A DNA stretch of 64,000 bases from Lepidodermella squamata (taxonomy: Eukaryota; Animalia; Gastrotricha): NCBI GenBank assembly GCA_047495785.1, contig JBLDXI010000074.1:1564652-1628651 (forward strand), given 5' to 3'. A program made the position numbers and the translations under genes. Under the pieces are notes generated by a model. It was not told the origin of the DNA. It made no database searches and saw only the letters and a program-made list of their open reading frames with translations. Shown in pieces: positions 1 to 13,857 of this stretch (positions are counted from its first letter, which is position 1; each line of letters opens with the position of its first letter).

Positions 1-218
1 TCGTGGACGCGCACGACGCGGTGCGCGGCCTGCAGGCGGACGTGGGCGTGCTCGCCGTGACGCAGTACGTGCAGAGCCCGGTGCTGGCGCGCCTGCTGCG
101 AAACAACATCGCCCTGCCGTCGTCCAACTTCGCGTACCTCGACACGATCGCGGCGCTGAAACAGGAGCTCGGCCACGACGGCCTCGGCGCCACCACGCGC
201 AACCTGCTCTGCCTATAG
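1..218 (+). CDS. 3' end of an unidentified protein-coding gene (5' part outside window)
   Basis: Frame is open from the window start to TAG at 216-218. It has the same strongly GC3-biased codon use as FAR exon 2. AT-rich sequence and AATAAA (433-438) follow. Family not recognised. Confidence 0.6.
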   Translation, partial: VDAHDAVRGLQADVGVLAVTQYVQSPVLARLLRNNIALPSSNFAYLDTIAALKQELGHDGLGATTRNLLCL

Positions 219-2159
219 CATGCTTGCAGCTATGATCCGATCCGATGCGACACTCTCAGACATTACAGTTGTTGTAGCTTGATCTATAACTGCTAATTGT
301 GCGAAACTCCTTGTTCCTTTCTCTCGTTCTCTCTCTCTCTCTGTCTATCTCGTGCGCGCTACCTCGCATTCATTTTCGCGCAGAAGTTAGCAATTTTCAT
401 TTTCCATTGAAGTTTATGCCAAATGCATTGTAAATAAAAGAAGAATCATTGTCGATATTGCTTGCATAGGCAAGGCCGTGATCTGTGCGAGTAGCTGTTA
501 GCTAGCTACCTGTCTGTACTGTTTGTCGTTGCAAAGCACAAGACAATATGAAGGCTTATATATTGTAGTAAAATGAGTTCAATAATTGACCTTGCCCTAT
601 CAGTTAATTGTGACGATGGATGGCTATGATGATGATGATGAGCTTTTTACACGGTGTCAAAATTGTACCAAAAAATACCTGTTATTTATTTGCGATGACC
701 ACTTACGAATGACAAAAAGAGCGCTTCTTCTACTCTCAATTTCCTGATCTATAACACGTTATGCGCGTTCTTCTTCTTTTGTAAATACTCCTGCTGTTCT
801 CTACTGCCTATCTATTATTATAGAAGAAATTTCACTATTTTTGCTACCATTAAAAAGTGAGTACATCGTAATTATTATTTCTTACCAATCCAAATACATG
901 TTAATACTATGGGATCTACTGTTCGCAGTGATGTGAAACCACTTGTTGTGCCGAACATAGCTACTTATTGGTGTTTGTTCTCCGAAGAATTGACGAAAGA
1001 AAGAATCTCCTGCTTTCAAGTTGTTCACAGGCCACTCTTTCTCTTTTGCCAGTTGCACCTCGATTTCATCCTCTGCGAATACTACACCTATTTAATTGAT
1101 GCTTCAATTAATTCAAAATTCAAAATATATGCCTGCCTGCCTGCCTGCCACACAGCTCAATCTAAATCTTAACTGAAGAATGTTCCGTTACTGTATGACA
1201 CAAGTTGCGTATACTTATATTATGGTAATATTTCTGCTTCTATTGCTGCTGCTGCTGCTGCTACTGTTGCTACCTATATAGTAATAGCGTCATCTAATAA
1301 CTCGTTTACTGCTCGCGCCGTTCAGTTTTCGTTGTTTTCGTCAACTTCAAACAAGAAGTATAACAACTCGTGTAACCTGTCTGTTTTTTTCATATATGTA
1401 ACGCAGCGCAGTAGTAGTAGATATAGCAGCTGATTGAATGTTGAAGATGACTTTATGACTTTATGTAGCAATCGGCCCATGCATGTACTAGCGGTCTATT
1501 GTTGTGTTCATCCTTCGATGATGTCTTACCAAACTGCCCTGATGATGATGATGATGATGATGTCCTTGATTTGTGCCTTGATTTTATAATAATTAATAGA
1601 ACTATACTTATACTGTTATTCAAAATCGACTTAGTCATGACGAATTGCTATACTTTGTATACAACATGCAAATTATATAATATCTTATTATACTATAGAT
1701 AATGATGATATCATCTTCAAATGTGCAACTATATCGTATTTATATGATGTTCTTTTTAATGTGTACGTCTTGTGTGTCATCATTCTCTGCAACTACTTTT
1801 TCATCTTTGTACATATATGATATTACTTATTTATATATTTATAGCTTCGCGACTTGCTCTTCTATTTATATTACATATGAGACTCTGCGAATGATGGGTG
1901 AAGTTTGTAAAACCACGACGAGACTTGCAATTTTGAGATCAAATCTATTGATAATTAATAAAAACCATCAAATTCGATATATACACAATGCGGTTTACCA
2001 GAAAACAAAACAAAAAGTTGGTTCAAATTAGTGTGGGCGTAGATAACGCTCTATTTGTTTATTAAGGTAATAAACACAACCAAGTTGTCACGTGAAAAAT
2101 AACTACAAAGCAGATGGCTTCATCAATCTTCTTTCTGCTCTTCCTTTAGAATTCCGAAT

Positions 2160-5025
2160 TCAACACGTGAATCGAGCGGCGGATAAAATCGACTCGAAGA
2201 CGTATGTGATTTCGGCGCATTTGAGCTGAATCGCGTAGACGGCGATCGACCCGCCGCCCGTCAGTTGGCCCAGCTTCGGCCGAACCGCAAAATCGTCGTT
2301 GATCAGAGGCTGCGTTTTTTTTCGCATAAGTAGTCACAATTTATTTCATGCCTGTTAAGTAAAAAAGAATGCTCAACCTACCTGGCAAGTCTGCGTTCGA
2401 TAGTCGAAGGCCTCTTCGCCGCAGCAGCGGTAGAAGGCGAATATCGACGGTGCGATGAAGAAGACGCGATTCTGAAATATTTATTCAGTTTTTCATTAAA
2501 TTATTGTAAGCACTACTACATGCCGCTACTTCTTTTGGCCTTCTTCTAATTTTCTCAGTTTCATAATATTTTACCTGGCACGTGAGTGGCTCGTGGTCGT
2601 CGGGCAAGAAAACAGCCCGAGCAGTTTCCGTTGTAGTCGTCGTTGTCGTCGTCGTAGTAGTCGGTGCGGTCGTCGTCGTCGGCGGCGGCGGCGGGTATAA
2701 CTCTGCTGCGAGGCTGTCAACAAACGATGATGCCGCATTCGAACTGCCAACTCCACGCTATGATCAAGATTCATTCATTCAGTTATATGTATTGGAAAAA
2801 CTGTTCGTGCTGGGAGAACTTACAGCTTGATTGCTGGTGCAGTTGTACGACCGCGTGTCGTAGATGACCGTCTGCGCGCAGCAGGCCAGCGTCGGCACGA
2901 TGCGCCGCAACGCGCCAATGTCCTCGAATGCGAAATTGCGAAAAAAGCAACAGAACATGAACGATTCAAGTCGTCGAAAACTCTCGAAGAAAACTTACGA
3001 CCTGCCCACACATCTGAATGCGCACGAAAAAGGCATTGTGCAATTTTTCATTTGAATAATTGGAAAAATTTTACCTCTCGTTGCTGTTCAGAAATAAAAA
3101 AAAAACAGATGACTTTTGAGAATTTTATGGAGACGTCTCAACAACTTACGTGGTGCGATAACTTGTTTTCGAAGGCAGCAAACTCGCGACTGGTCAACTG
3201 CTCTTCGTAACTGGAAAAGCTGCTGTAGTAAGGCCTGTTGCGCCGCCGCGAAGGCGCAGTCGCCTCCAGTGTCGTCGTCGTCGTCGGTGCAGCAGTGGTT
3301 GTCGTCGAAGTCGAAGTTGTCGATCTCTGGGAACGCTCCTAACTCGCACTTTCAAAACCTTAGCAGTTCCGAATGGTAGAAAACATACGTATTCCCAGAA
3401 TTCGTACGGGCTAACGTCCAAGTCAAGGCTGAATGGGCTGCGGTAGACTGCTGCCTGTTGCGCAACCTCGTCATTCTCAGGTAGTTGTTTTAGCTCAGGC
3501 GCCGATGCCTGCGATTAATTCGACAACCCTTAGTTGTTCGTCAACTGTTCAAGTAAGGTTAAACTGTTATTCTTACGGCCGAGTGCAGCACACTGTTAAA
3601 CGTCGAAACGGCAGCGCTGTTTCGCTGAAACGTAAGTATACAATTCATGAGACGTTGGACTGTATTATACAGGCAAAAAACATTGTATACCGAAGACCGA
3701 TCGGAAGGAGCATCCGTTGTAATGCTGGGCGCTTCGGTGTTTCGCCTGCGCGAACCGCCGGCGAGTTCGACCATGAAAGGCTGCGCCGTCGGTTGAGCCC
3801 GCCAAATCGGCCACGGCATCGTCGGTCTGTTGCCGGATGGTTGCGGCTGGCGGCGGCCGAGCGGCATCGGCGCCAACAGCCCGCCGAACGCGTCCACAGC
3901 CGCCGCGTCGTTCTGCACCGGCGCCGCGCCGGCTGGGTAGTCGGCGACCACCTTGTCGGCACGTGGCCGAACTCCGAACCTGTTATCGAGTTCGCAAATC
4001 ATAGCTGTGGATCAAAATATTGCTCGTGCAGGATAATTACGCGAATGTGCCATTTTTCAGGTAACATAGCCGTTGGCCGTCATTGCAGCACCCGAACACA
4101 ACCGAAGGATCTATAAAAAGACGAAATACACAAGAGGAGTTTCTTTTTATCGCGTGAAGGAATCATCACGAATAGGTTTTACCTTCGTAGACTTGGCCTC
4201 CGCAGCACAGTTCGTGCGATGGGTTGTAGAAGTCTTCGCCACAAGCCAGGTAGTACAACATGTTGCCCACTAATCAAGGCAAGAGAAATAATTATTGAAA
4301 TGATCATTGAATCTTCTCATGAGACTAGACGCTATATGAGTCGGAATCATACCAGGGGTGAGGAATCGGGATTAGGCGGGGGGAATAATTCGAGAAATTT
4401 TTAAGAATTTTTAGATTTCTAACAGAGGGAAAGTTGAGAAAATGGTCAGACTCTTTTAGCATTATGAGAAATTCCAACTTTGCTGTCGGGAAGTACTGCG
4501 TCGGGTAGTGTTCAACCCCAAGCTCGGGCGCTGTCAACGGTCCGATTTATGCTATATGGAAACATGAAATTACGCGTTGATGGCGTATTGCTGTACTGGC
4601 GCCAGTGCCTCGCCTGCTGCTGCTGTTGCTGAGGCGGGTGATGCTTCTGGTAACGCTGCTGCTGTTCGATCACCGACGGCTGCCGCTGATACTGCTGCTG
4701 CTGCTGCTGGTAAGGCCCATACTCGAGCTGCTCCTGTTCGGGCTGAACATACTTGGGCCGAGAATAGTAACCGCCATACCTGAATATCGCAAGAGTTATA
4801 TATCGGATGCATTATTTTCGAAATCAATCACCAGTCTTTGCCGTTATCGCCGTCGTAGTAAGGCCGGCTGCTCGGCATCAGGTGCCGCGTGTTGAACACA
4901 GCCTGGTTGTGATTCGCGTTGTACAGCTGCGACCAGCGCTGCGCCCAGTTGCCTGATACCCGCGGCACTTCAAAGAGGATGACAGCCGAGATGGCCATTA
5001 TCATCAAGTGGAGAACAAACGCCAT
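2160..5025 (-). CDS. Multi-exon gene for a putative secreted Gln/Tyr-rich, Thr-rich (mucin-like) protein with galaxin-like Cys-Cys repeats
   Basis: Assembled by eye from GT-AG junctions. Exons approx. 5025-4832 (signal-like MAFVLHLMIMAISAVILFEV), 4779-4574 (poly-Q), 4269-4183 (ACGEDFYNPSHELCCGGQVYE), 4110-~4065 (VFGCCNDG), ~4004-3691, ~3625-3578, 3508-3389, 3338-3150 (STTSTSTTTT), 3083-3075, 3013-2999, 2922-2824 (LACCAQTVIYDTRSYNC), 2757-2575 (poly-T), 2471-2382 (YRCCGEEAFDYRTQTC), 2309-2160. Downstream junctions are all phase 0 and in frame. Junctions near 4060-4005 and 4570-4270 are uncertain, so this could be two genes. Confidence 0.65.
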
Positions 5026-6499
5026 CCTAAAACGTATGAGCAGTCTCGATCCTATGAACAAGTGGTTGGCTGTATTCAGAGGGTGCACCCAAACCACATG
5101 CTGTATGTGGCCTGATATTTCGAGCCGCTGATTCTCGTCAGTATCTTCTCGCAATTAAAGCTGACTAATCTAAAAAAAACTAGCCATTCTTTGTTGTATC
5201 GTTTACTTTTCGAGAACAGAAAATTGTGAAAGAGCGCAATCGTCATATTGGGCGACTGATAATGAATAAAAAGCTATGTAAACACTATTGATTGAGCGCC
5301 GAGCGATTCTCGGAGAGAGATCAGTGATAACAGAAATAGGGAATGGAGGTGAAAAAGCGAGCAAAATGTTTGCTTCAAGCAGCGATAAGTAACGCACGAC
5401 GCGTGAGATTTTTGCACAGCTCTCTATCACAATATACCAAGCGAGTCCTTTTCTTCAATGAACAATGAAAGTGTTATTTTGAAAAACATTGTCAAGCGTT
5501 TTCTCTCTCTTACTAAATACGAGAGTATAATTTTCGCGGTGTGTTGCAATTAAAGCTTAAAATACCGCTGCAGTCGTTAGTCCAGCTTTCTTCAACATTA
5601 AAAACACTGTTTGGCGTCCACTTTTCTCTCAAATACGTAGTACCTGTTATTATCATAATCAGCAGGGTAAACACATCCGGGAAACACATCCGCAAGTCCA
5701 GCAATCCGCTAGCTTGCCGAATTTCACCACCACGATGACCATACGATTAGAGAGAGAAATTTCCGAGTCTTACTCTTCCATCCCTTATTCACCCATTTTC
5801 TTCTCATCTTCTCTTCCTTCTCTATTTAAAACTCCTCCACTTGGCTTCATGCATTTTTCTTCGAATAGCTCTTCCTTTCTTCACTCTTATAGAAAAACTG
5901 TGGTGTTTTCAGTGGCTGAATAATGACGCGAGCCGCAGTTAGCTTTCGACTAGTGGTTAGCGAGCGCAGATTGATTCGGAAAATTATGTTAAGGTGCAAG
6001 TTTTAACTTGCTTTCGTAATTCTTACTAATATAAAACTCACTAGCAATAAAAATCACCTACGAATTCGGAATTGAGTTCAAGACATCAGCATAGAACATC
6101 AGCTGTCAGGAAATGCAATGGGATAATTATCCAAATCTTCACTGACAGGTTCGACAGTTGCAGAAGGAAAGGTTCAACGGGGCAGATGCCGTAGTCCAGA
6201 TATAACGCAGTCCAGTCAGCTGCAACATGCTGCAACTGAAAACTCAGCTTTTCGAGAAATCTATATGAAGTCTCACTCTAAAATATCTCAAGAGCTTTCA
6301 TCCTGACAAGCATGCCTCAGCTCCACACACAGTCACTGCGATGAATACTGATGTCTGAAGTAAATGACCAAATGACCAAATGAATCAGTTTTATTTTTCG
6401 TCCTCCGTAGGCATGTGATGTTAATATTAGAGAGTAGAAAAAGGCCTTACCCGTGGGGGTTTAGGGGACGGCTGACGACAGGCGATCGGTTTCAGGGGC

Positions 6500-6886
6500 C
6501 GACAGATCGGTCGCGAACAACCTGCTTTTGCCCAACAATTCATAATTTTCGATGCTATTGCACACTAATTGCCATTCATCCCGATCTCTGGCAGTTATTT
6601 CCGCTAATTCTAGATCCGCACTCTTGTGAATTTCAGTGCGTCGCATTAACAGGGTCGACTTACGAGGTCTCCCGCGTCTAACTGGCTCATTTGGGTTTTT
6701 AATATATTTCACATGAATATCGAACAAACCAATTTTAAGAAGACTCCTTTTCAAGCTATCGGTCCAGCGGGTTGGCGGTTTACCGCGAGGGAAGCAACAA
6801 CTCGGGTCGAACGCTTTCCAATGATATATGGCATTCGTGAGGCTTTCAGTGTCATACTTGTCTTGGCGAATAATATGGGCATTCAT
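6500..6886 (-). mobile_element. Degenerate 3' fragment of a non-LTR retrotransposon (RTE-clade-like ORF C-terminus)
   Basis: Translation contains HIIRQ...RGKPPTRWTDSL and TARDRDEW, resembling the GRP..RW.D and A.DR..W motifs at the end of RTE ORFs. Confidence 0.55.
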
Positions 6887-8604
6887 TTCCCAAGTACCTC
6901 GATCAGTACTTATGGTTTCAGTTCTTAATATTGAATACTAATTGACAGCATGCATGCACCGCAATACCGCAAGTATGACATAAGCTGACATCTGAGTTCA
7001 TTATATCATACGTAATACAGGTCTTATTTCTCAAGTTCGAAGTTACACCAGTCCAGCCTTGATTGTCCGATATTGTTATTTTCTTCTTCACTCTCTCAAC
7101 TTGCGTGTTTCAGCAAACTGCTTTTTGGCAATCTATTCATAGATATTCACTTTTCCTAAGAAAATCAATGACATTGTTTTCGGTATGTGTTGCAGCTCCG
7201 GTACCTACTAATCATCTGGTTCAAAATGATGGATTCTGTGGTAAGGCAGTGAAACGCGCTGAACCAACATACAAATACAATACAATGTGTTTTATTGCTG
7301 TTAACCCAGTTGAATTAAGTCATTAACTAGTGGTAGATCGGTTATCATATCAATTTCAGAGTAAACTAAATTACAAAAGCATGGGACAAGATAAGGCTAA
7401 CGAGATGAGGCTAACAGAGAAACTCAAACACGCATCACACAGCTAATCGCACGTGGTGCGGCTGTTGCGAGGAACAACGTTTCTATAATTTTTGAAAATA
7501 TATTTTTTATAATACAATAATAATTTAAACCATATTCAAATTGTATTAAAAAATAAAGTTGATAAACAGAAAATGATGATTGATCAGTTCCTCCAAAAAA
7601 TCGCTTCGGAAAAAATCGGAAAGTCTGGCGATTTAAAGGTTCATGCTCGAGAGTGTCGCAAACGATGGCTTATCGGTTCTGAACTATTTAAGCTGCATTG
7701 GTGATACGTTGAGTCTTCTGTTGAGCAATATCGTGAGTTAAACCGACCTTCATTCGATAATTTGCGTTGCCTGTTGCCTCGGGCCATCACATTCGATCGA
7801 TGTCGTTGGTCGAAGAAGTTGTGCGTAAGAAAACTGATTGGATACCTGCTCGCAACATCACTTTCCTTGATTTAGCGACTATCGAATATTTTATGTGCCT
7901 GGCTATGGCTATCTTATCGAACTCTGGACTCTGGACTTTGGACTTTGACCCCTTACACTGGGCATCATGTAAACGTTGCTATGAGTTACACCAGGGTGGC
8001 CTGATCTTTGTGTTCACGTGACAGCTGGTGCTTATTCATTCAAGTAATGCGCATGTATTACAAATATCATCTCGAAGCTCGTTTTAAATTGAGATTCGAA
8101 TTGCGTGGCATTACACTGTGTGGCGTACAGCATGCGCCCATTACTAGGGAAGAAATCGCGTGTTTTAAGCGAATTTTATTGTTTTATTTGCTCTAAGAAT
8201 TTTCAATTTGAATTTAGGGTTAACTCCAATCCGCTCTGCCTTTTTTGTTTTGTTTCAGATATGATCGGGTTTAACGAGCTTTACTTCTCCCCTCTTTTAA
8301 CTGTAGTTACGTGATCTAGAATCGAACAAGTACTTTCTACTTTTATATGCAAGAACAATGTTTATACTGCATAAAAACCTGATAATTTCTCTCCCGATAC
8401 GCTTTGAATCAATCCTGATTTGAACCACTGACTATAAGTTGAGTCTTCAAGCATTGAATGTATGCTTTTTCAACACTTTAAGATTGTATGCTTTGGGAAA
8501 GACCCTTTCAGGCGTCTTAACTTCTGAATCGAACTATCCCTGTTTTTTGTTGATGCTAACTGACGTTGTTTAATATATAGGGCCTTCTTAATATTGTTGT
8601 GAAG

Positions 8605-10221
8605 ATGGCCTGTATTCCGGAATTTTTCGCATCCAAGAACATATTGATAACAGGTGGCACCGGTTTTATCGGCAAGGTGCTCATCGAAAAGTTGTTGCGG
8701 TGTTGTAGTAAATTGGACAAAATCTACGTTGTTGTGCGGGCGAAAGGCAATGCAAATGTGAAGGAACGCGAGAAGAAGTTTATTCAATGCAAAATCTTCG
8801 ATCACCTACGCGGCCGTGACAACGTGTTGTCGAAGATTGTATTCCTGAGCGGCGACATTCAGCAGCCGGCGCTCGGGCTCAGCCAGGACGACATTGAACA
8901 TTTGGCGGCCGTCGTCGACATAGTCTTTCACTGTGCTGCTACTGTAAAATTCGACGAGCCTATCATGTGAGAATATACTCGTTCTACTTTGGGGTCATGC
9001 AATATAATTTTTTGTTCTACTACGAATAGGATTGCGCTACAGCAGAACGTAGGCGGCACGCTGGAGCTGATAAATCTGGTGAAGCGGTTCGCGCACCTGC
9101 AGTGCCTCGTGCACCTGTCGACGGCGTACGCGAACTGCGACCTGGCGCACATCGAGGAACGGCTGTACCCGGTGGCGATGGACCCGCACAAAGTGCTGGA
9201 GCTGGCGTCGTGGATGCCGGAGGAGACGCTGACGAAGATGACGCCGGCGCTGATCGGGTCGAAGCCGAACACGTACACGTTCACGAAGCACCTCGCCGAA
9301 GTGTTGGTGGTGGCGGAGTCGCCGGTGCCGACGGCGATCGTGCGGCCGTCGATCGTGGGCGCGTCGTGGCGCGAGCCCTTCCCCGGCTGGATCGACAACC
9401 TGAACGGGCCGTCGGGCGTGTTCGTGGGCGCCGGCAAGGGCATCCTGCGCGGCATGCTCGTCGACCGGCACTGGCGCGCCGACATCGTGCCGGTGGACCT
9501 GCCGGTGAACCTGATGATCGCGAGCGCGTGGCACATGGCGTCGCAGCCGCGCACCGAACGCGTCTTCTACAACTGCACGGTGGACGAGGCGAACGCGTGC
9601 ACGTGGGGCGAGATGGACGCGATCGTCAACTCGTACTTCGAGAAGACCCTCCCGCTCGAGAACGTGTACCGCTCGCCCAAGTGCCACCTGATGGAGAGCG
9701 AGTCGCAGTACGTGGTGCGGTCGTTCATCGGCCACCGGTTGCCAGCGCTCGTCGTCGACGCGGCGTGCCGGGCGGTGGGGCAGCGGCCGCGCCTGCGCTC
9801 GCTGTACGCGCGCGTCGAGAAGATGGTGTGGACGCTGCAGTACTTCGCGAAGGGCCACTGGGCGTGGACGCGGGCGAACGTGCGGCAGCTGCAGGCGCTG
9901 ATGGCGACCGAGGACGCGCTCGTGTTCTACGTGCAGTACGACGCGTCGCTGTCGTGGCGCCAGTACCTGCACGACTTCTGCTTCGGCGTGAAGAAGTACC
10001 TGCTGGGCGAGGACTGTTCGGAGAAGCGCGTCGGCGAGCTGCGGGTGCGCATGCAGCGCGTCAAGGTGGCCTACGCCGCGCTCAAACTGCTCGCCGTGCT
10101 CGCGCTGTGGCGGTGGGTGGTGGGCGCGTTCGCGGGCGGGCGGCGCGTGCAGGCCGCCGCGCTCCGCCTCGCCTCGTTCCTCTTCAGCCTGTTGTCGCGC
10201 TTCTTCCTGCCCCTGCACTGA
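8605..10221 (+). CDS. FAR: Fatty acyl-CoA reductase (FAR1-like, NAD_binding_4 + Sterile domain), two coding exons 8605-8966 and 9030-10221, 517 aa
   Basis: ILITGGTGFIGKVLIEKLLR NADPH-binding motif, VFHCAATVKFDE, HLSTAY, PNTYTFTKHLAE (YxxxK), IVRPSIV, EPFPGWIDN and a hydrophobic C-terminal anchor. A 63-nt GT..AG intron (8967-9029) joins the two ORFs in frame. Confidence 0.95.
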
Positions 10222-13200
10222 AATACTGACTTCGTACAGCCTGCTATTTCTGATTACTTATGAGTAAACTACTATCTGTATGTGTCTGTCATACGAAAAC
10301 AAAGCTACATCTGCATATCATCATCTAGTATATGTGTGTGTGATCTATGATGATGAACGTGTCGTTCAAGCATCTTTTGCTCTTTTGCTTTTAACTGTGT
10401 GCCTGCAATGGCGGCGATGGTAACCATGATGATTGGTCAATTGAAGCAGTAATAAATAGTAAATCGTAGCTCGCCTGCTTGGTTGCTTGGTTGGTGTCTG
10501 TGTTACTTTCTCGCTCATCGTCTTGTTTGTTATCATTCAATTCATTCATTCATTCATTTCTCAGATGACGATGAGCATGTGAGTTTTTGTGTGCAATACA
10601 TACATTCTTTTAACGAAACCACCACAACTACAGCTACGACAAGTAGTTCTTGACTCTACCTATCCATCTTCTTCTTCTTATGCTTGTATGCTTGTTCGAC
10701 GTCCTCGGTGTAGTTTCTTTTAATTGCTTGCAAGTAAACATTTCGTATACCAGTAGTATACCAGCATATCGATAGATAGATAGATAACACTCCTAGATAG
10801 GTGGTGGTATACTGCTGCGTGCCTAGCAGTGAATCACTTGAATTCGATGGATGGCTGCCTTCTTACCGTTGCGTCGATTCTTCTTCTTCTTCTAAGTTCG
10901 TTATTCGAACTGCATCGACGACTCGAAATCGAACTACTTGTGCCTTTGAACAGAGTTGTTTCTCTCATTTTCGAGTGAAATGCCATCTTATTAAACGCGC
11001 GTGTGTGTCATTTTATCATCCATATGTGTACCTATGTAGAATTTGAAACGTCGAAACACGAGGCTGGTTGTTTAATTAGTTGATTTTTCTACTCACTTTA
11101 AACTATTCATGAATTGAAGTGCAGTCAGCTTGCCATAACTACTTGTACTTGTTTCTTCTTCTTCTTCACGTTTGCATTGCATTGCATTATTGGTTCTCTC
11201 ATGTGTGTGTAAGTGTGTTGGCTGCCTCGGATTTTCGCTTCGTCAAGCTGGTGGCGTGAATCACAAGTAGTTGATCTGAATGTGCCTACCAACCAACCTA
11301 CCTACCTGGCTACCTATCTAGCTGCAATCATCTCAAGTGCGTACTCATAGCCTCATGAAATATCATCGAATTTGATCTTCGATCTGACTGCATCGTCATC
11401 TTCATAATATACCTATGTAGGCATATCAGTAGGTTTTTTCTTACGACTTGCAAGTGCAAAACTCCCTCTCGGCTGCTCGTCTCTTGTCCTCTCATTTAAG
11501 AATATTGTAAGTTTATATACTTTACTTTACACAATATATGACAAAAGTGTTGTGGCAATTTGTTTGTCGTCGTGTTTTTTTTGTCTTCATTGACGTTGTC
11601 ACCAGTGTGTTTGCGTTGTGCTACGGTTGAATTACCTGTAAAAAGAGATGATGATTTGTTGTTATTGGACTAGTCAGTCTCACGATTGGTTAACTTTGAA
11701 ATAACTTGTTCAATTTCGATTGACTTTGCTTCTTCTTCTTCTTCTTCTTCTTCTATGATTTTATTTTCTGAAACCTTTTTTACTACCAATATATTAATAT
11801 AATGCGAATTATACGCCAATGTGTACTAAAGCTATCAGCTCCACCGCCCCGACACTTACTTACAAAACTAAATACGGCCTCGATCCTCGATGATGATAGC
11901 TAGCAGTTGCTGTGTCTAATAACGGCTGATTCTGATGCTGATGCTTGAGCACATGAGCGTATAAATAAATGAATGTCTTGTATTTATCTACACCATGATG
12001 ATAAATATAATAATAATAATATCAAACTTGAACTTTGTTATGCATTACCTGAAACGTGGCTTTAACAAACGGCTCTGATGTTCAGTAGTAAGTCACACCC
12101 TGTGATTGATTATTCCTCTGTTTTTTTCTGTTCATCTCTAATAGCATCGCCATTGACATTTTTCCGCGCAGAGCAGTCAGTAGCAGCGCTAGAGCAACAA
12201 AGCAACTGCTTCATGCGCCATGTGCTACTCACCACCAATTCTCTCTCTCCATCTCTGTCTCTCTCGTCATGTTCGAAATCCAAAGTCTTGAGCCAGACCA
12301 GCTCGTAACTTGGTCGATTACCCGTTACTTACCACTTGAAGAATGCAATTCATACTTATACAGAAATGAAAATGTTTGTTTGCTGCTTTTGATCGCTTTT
12401 GAACTTCGCTGGGAATCCCATCCGATAGATTCGACCGACGTAAAGCTTGTGCGTTGCCTCCCAACTACTTGTAACCCTCCCAGCTGTTTGTATCTCAAAT
12501 TATTATTAATTGGAAAATTGTTATATTCTACGGCGGATGATATCAAAAGCGAAACTAGTATGGTTTAAACAACAAGTTGCGCGCATGAAATTATGCTAAA
12601 ACTACTATTGTGAATATCAACCCGTGTCTTGTTGTTGTGTACCAACTTCATGATGTGTAAACTATAATATTGCTATATCATCATCATTATACGATACGAT
12701 ACACGGTATATACGGTATGATGATGACAAAGGTGACAACGTGGAACTGCGAAACAGTGAAACAAAATTATAATAATAATAAAAAAGCCAATGAGACTGAA
12801 TCCACTCTTGTTTTGCGATTCGAAAGCTTTCAGGATTAACACGGGAGTTTTAGCTGTAGTGATTTACGAACTTGACCATCAAATTGCCATGCTTCTGCTC
12901 CTTCATTATCTAGCTGTTCAACGCTAGTACGAAGAAAGGATTTTAGGGCATTACAAGCCTTCTAAGCTATTATTTCGTCGGTATTGCGAGATTCCATCGC
13001 CATTTTGTTTCTCGATTTTGAGTTGACATTTTTAGACACGGTTTTTTCATTGAAAATTATAGCGGTTTTAAAACTTTTTAAAGATCGCCAATCCTTTTGC
13101 ATGTGTTCTATACCTATCTGAGCACGAAATTGGAGCAGCTGCTGTTTTTATGGAGATTGCGAAAATTTTTGAAACTAGCATGCTATCTATGCGTCACTTG

Positions 13201-13857
13201 CCAACTTGAAATTTTCCTCCACCTTGAAGAAGACGTGGATTTTCTAGTAAATTCGATCGAAAAACCAGCATCCTAGTAGGATGTTTAAGAGCTTTGACTT
13301 TCAGGGGATACAGAAATATAGCTCATCAATTCAATTCAGCTGTCGAATAATTCAAGTACAGGATCAATCACCACCATCAGTTGAGATGATATTGTTGTAA
13401 TGACTTGACAAGAAAAAAACCTGTGTCGTAAATGGCTGTTTGCGACCTGGCCAATCGCATCACTTTATTAGTTGCGACTTTGAAAACATTTCGGTTTTTC
13501 ATTCGAAGCAAGAAGTATTTGCTGCTGAATCAACCAGCATCATCACCACACACGTATTGGAGGCAGAGAAGCAAGCGTCTCTGCCTGTCGATGCTGTTGA
13601 TACAGATAGGTACATTTGTCGTAGGATCGCACGTGACATACACTAACTAAAGGCGTTGTTTAGTTGCAGAAGTATATAGCAGTAGTAAAAAGAACACTGA
13701 GTAGCGAAAACACAACAACTAGACAATGACGACGAAGACATTGTTCAAATGAAACAGTTTCACAGGTGGATGGATGCGCGCGCGTGTTTTTCACAGGATG
13801 AGACTGACTGACTGACTGATCGTTCGTTCGATCGATCGATGAAGCAAGAGGAACCGG

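Noticed and set aside
7767-8021. Possible decayed Tc1/mariner transposase (WIPARNITFLDLATIEYFM resembles WPARSPDL.P.D.F.W)
   Set aside because: Too degenerate to support without a profile search.
9037-10229. Long antisense (393 aa) and alternative-frame (375 aa) ORFs over FAR
   Set aside because: Expected shadows of extreme GC3 bias.
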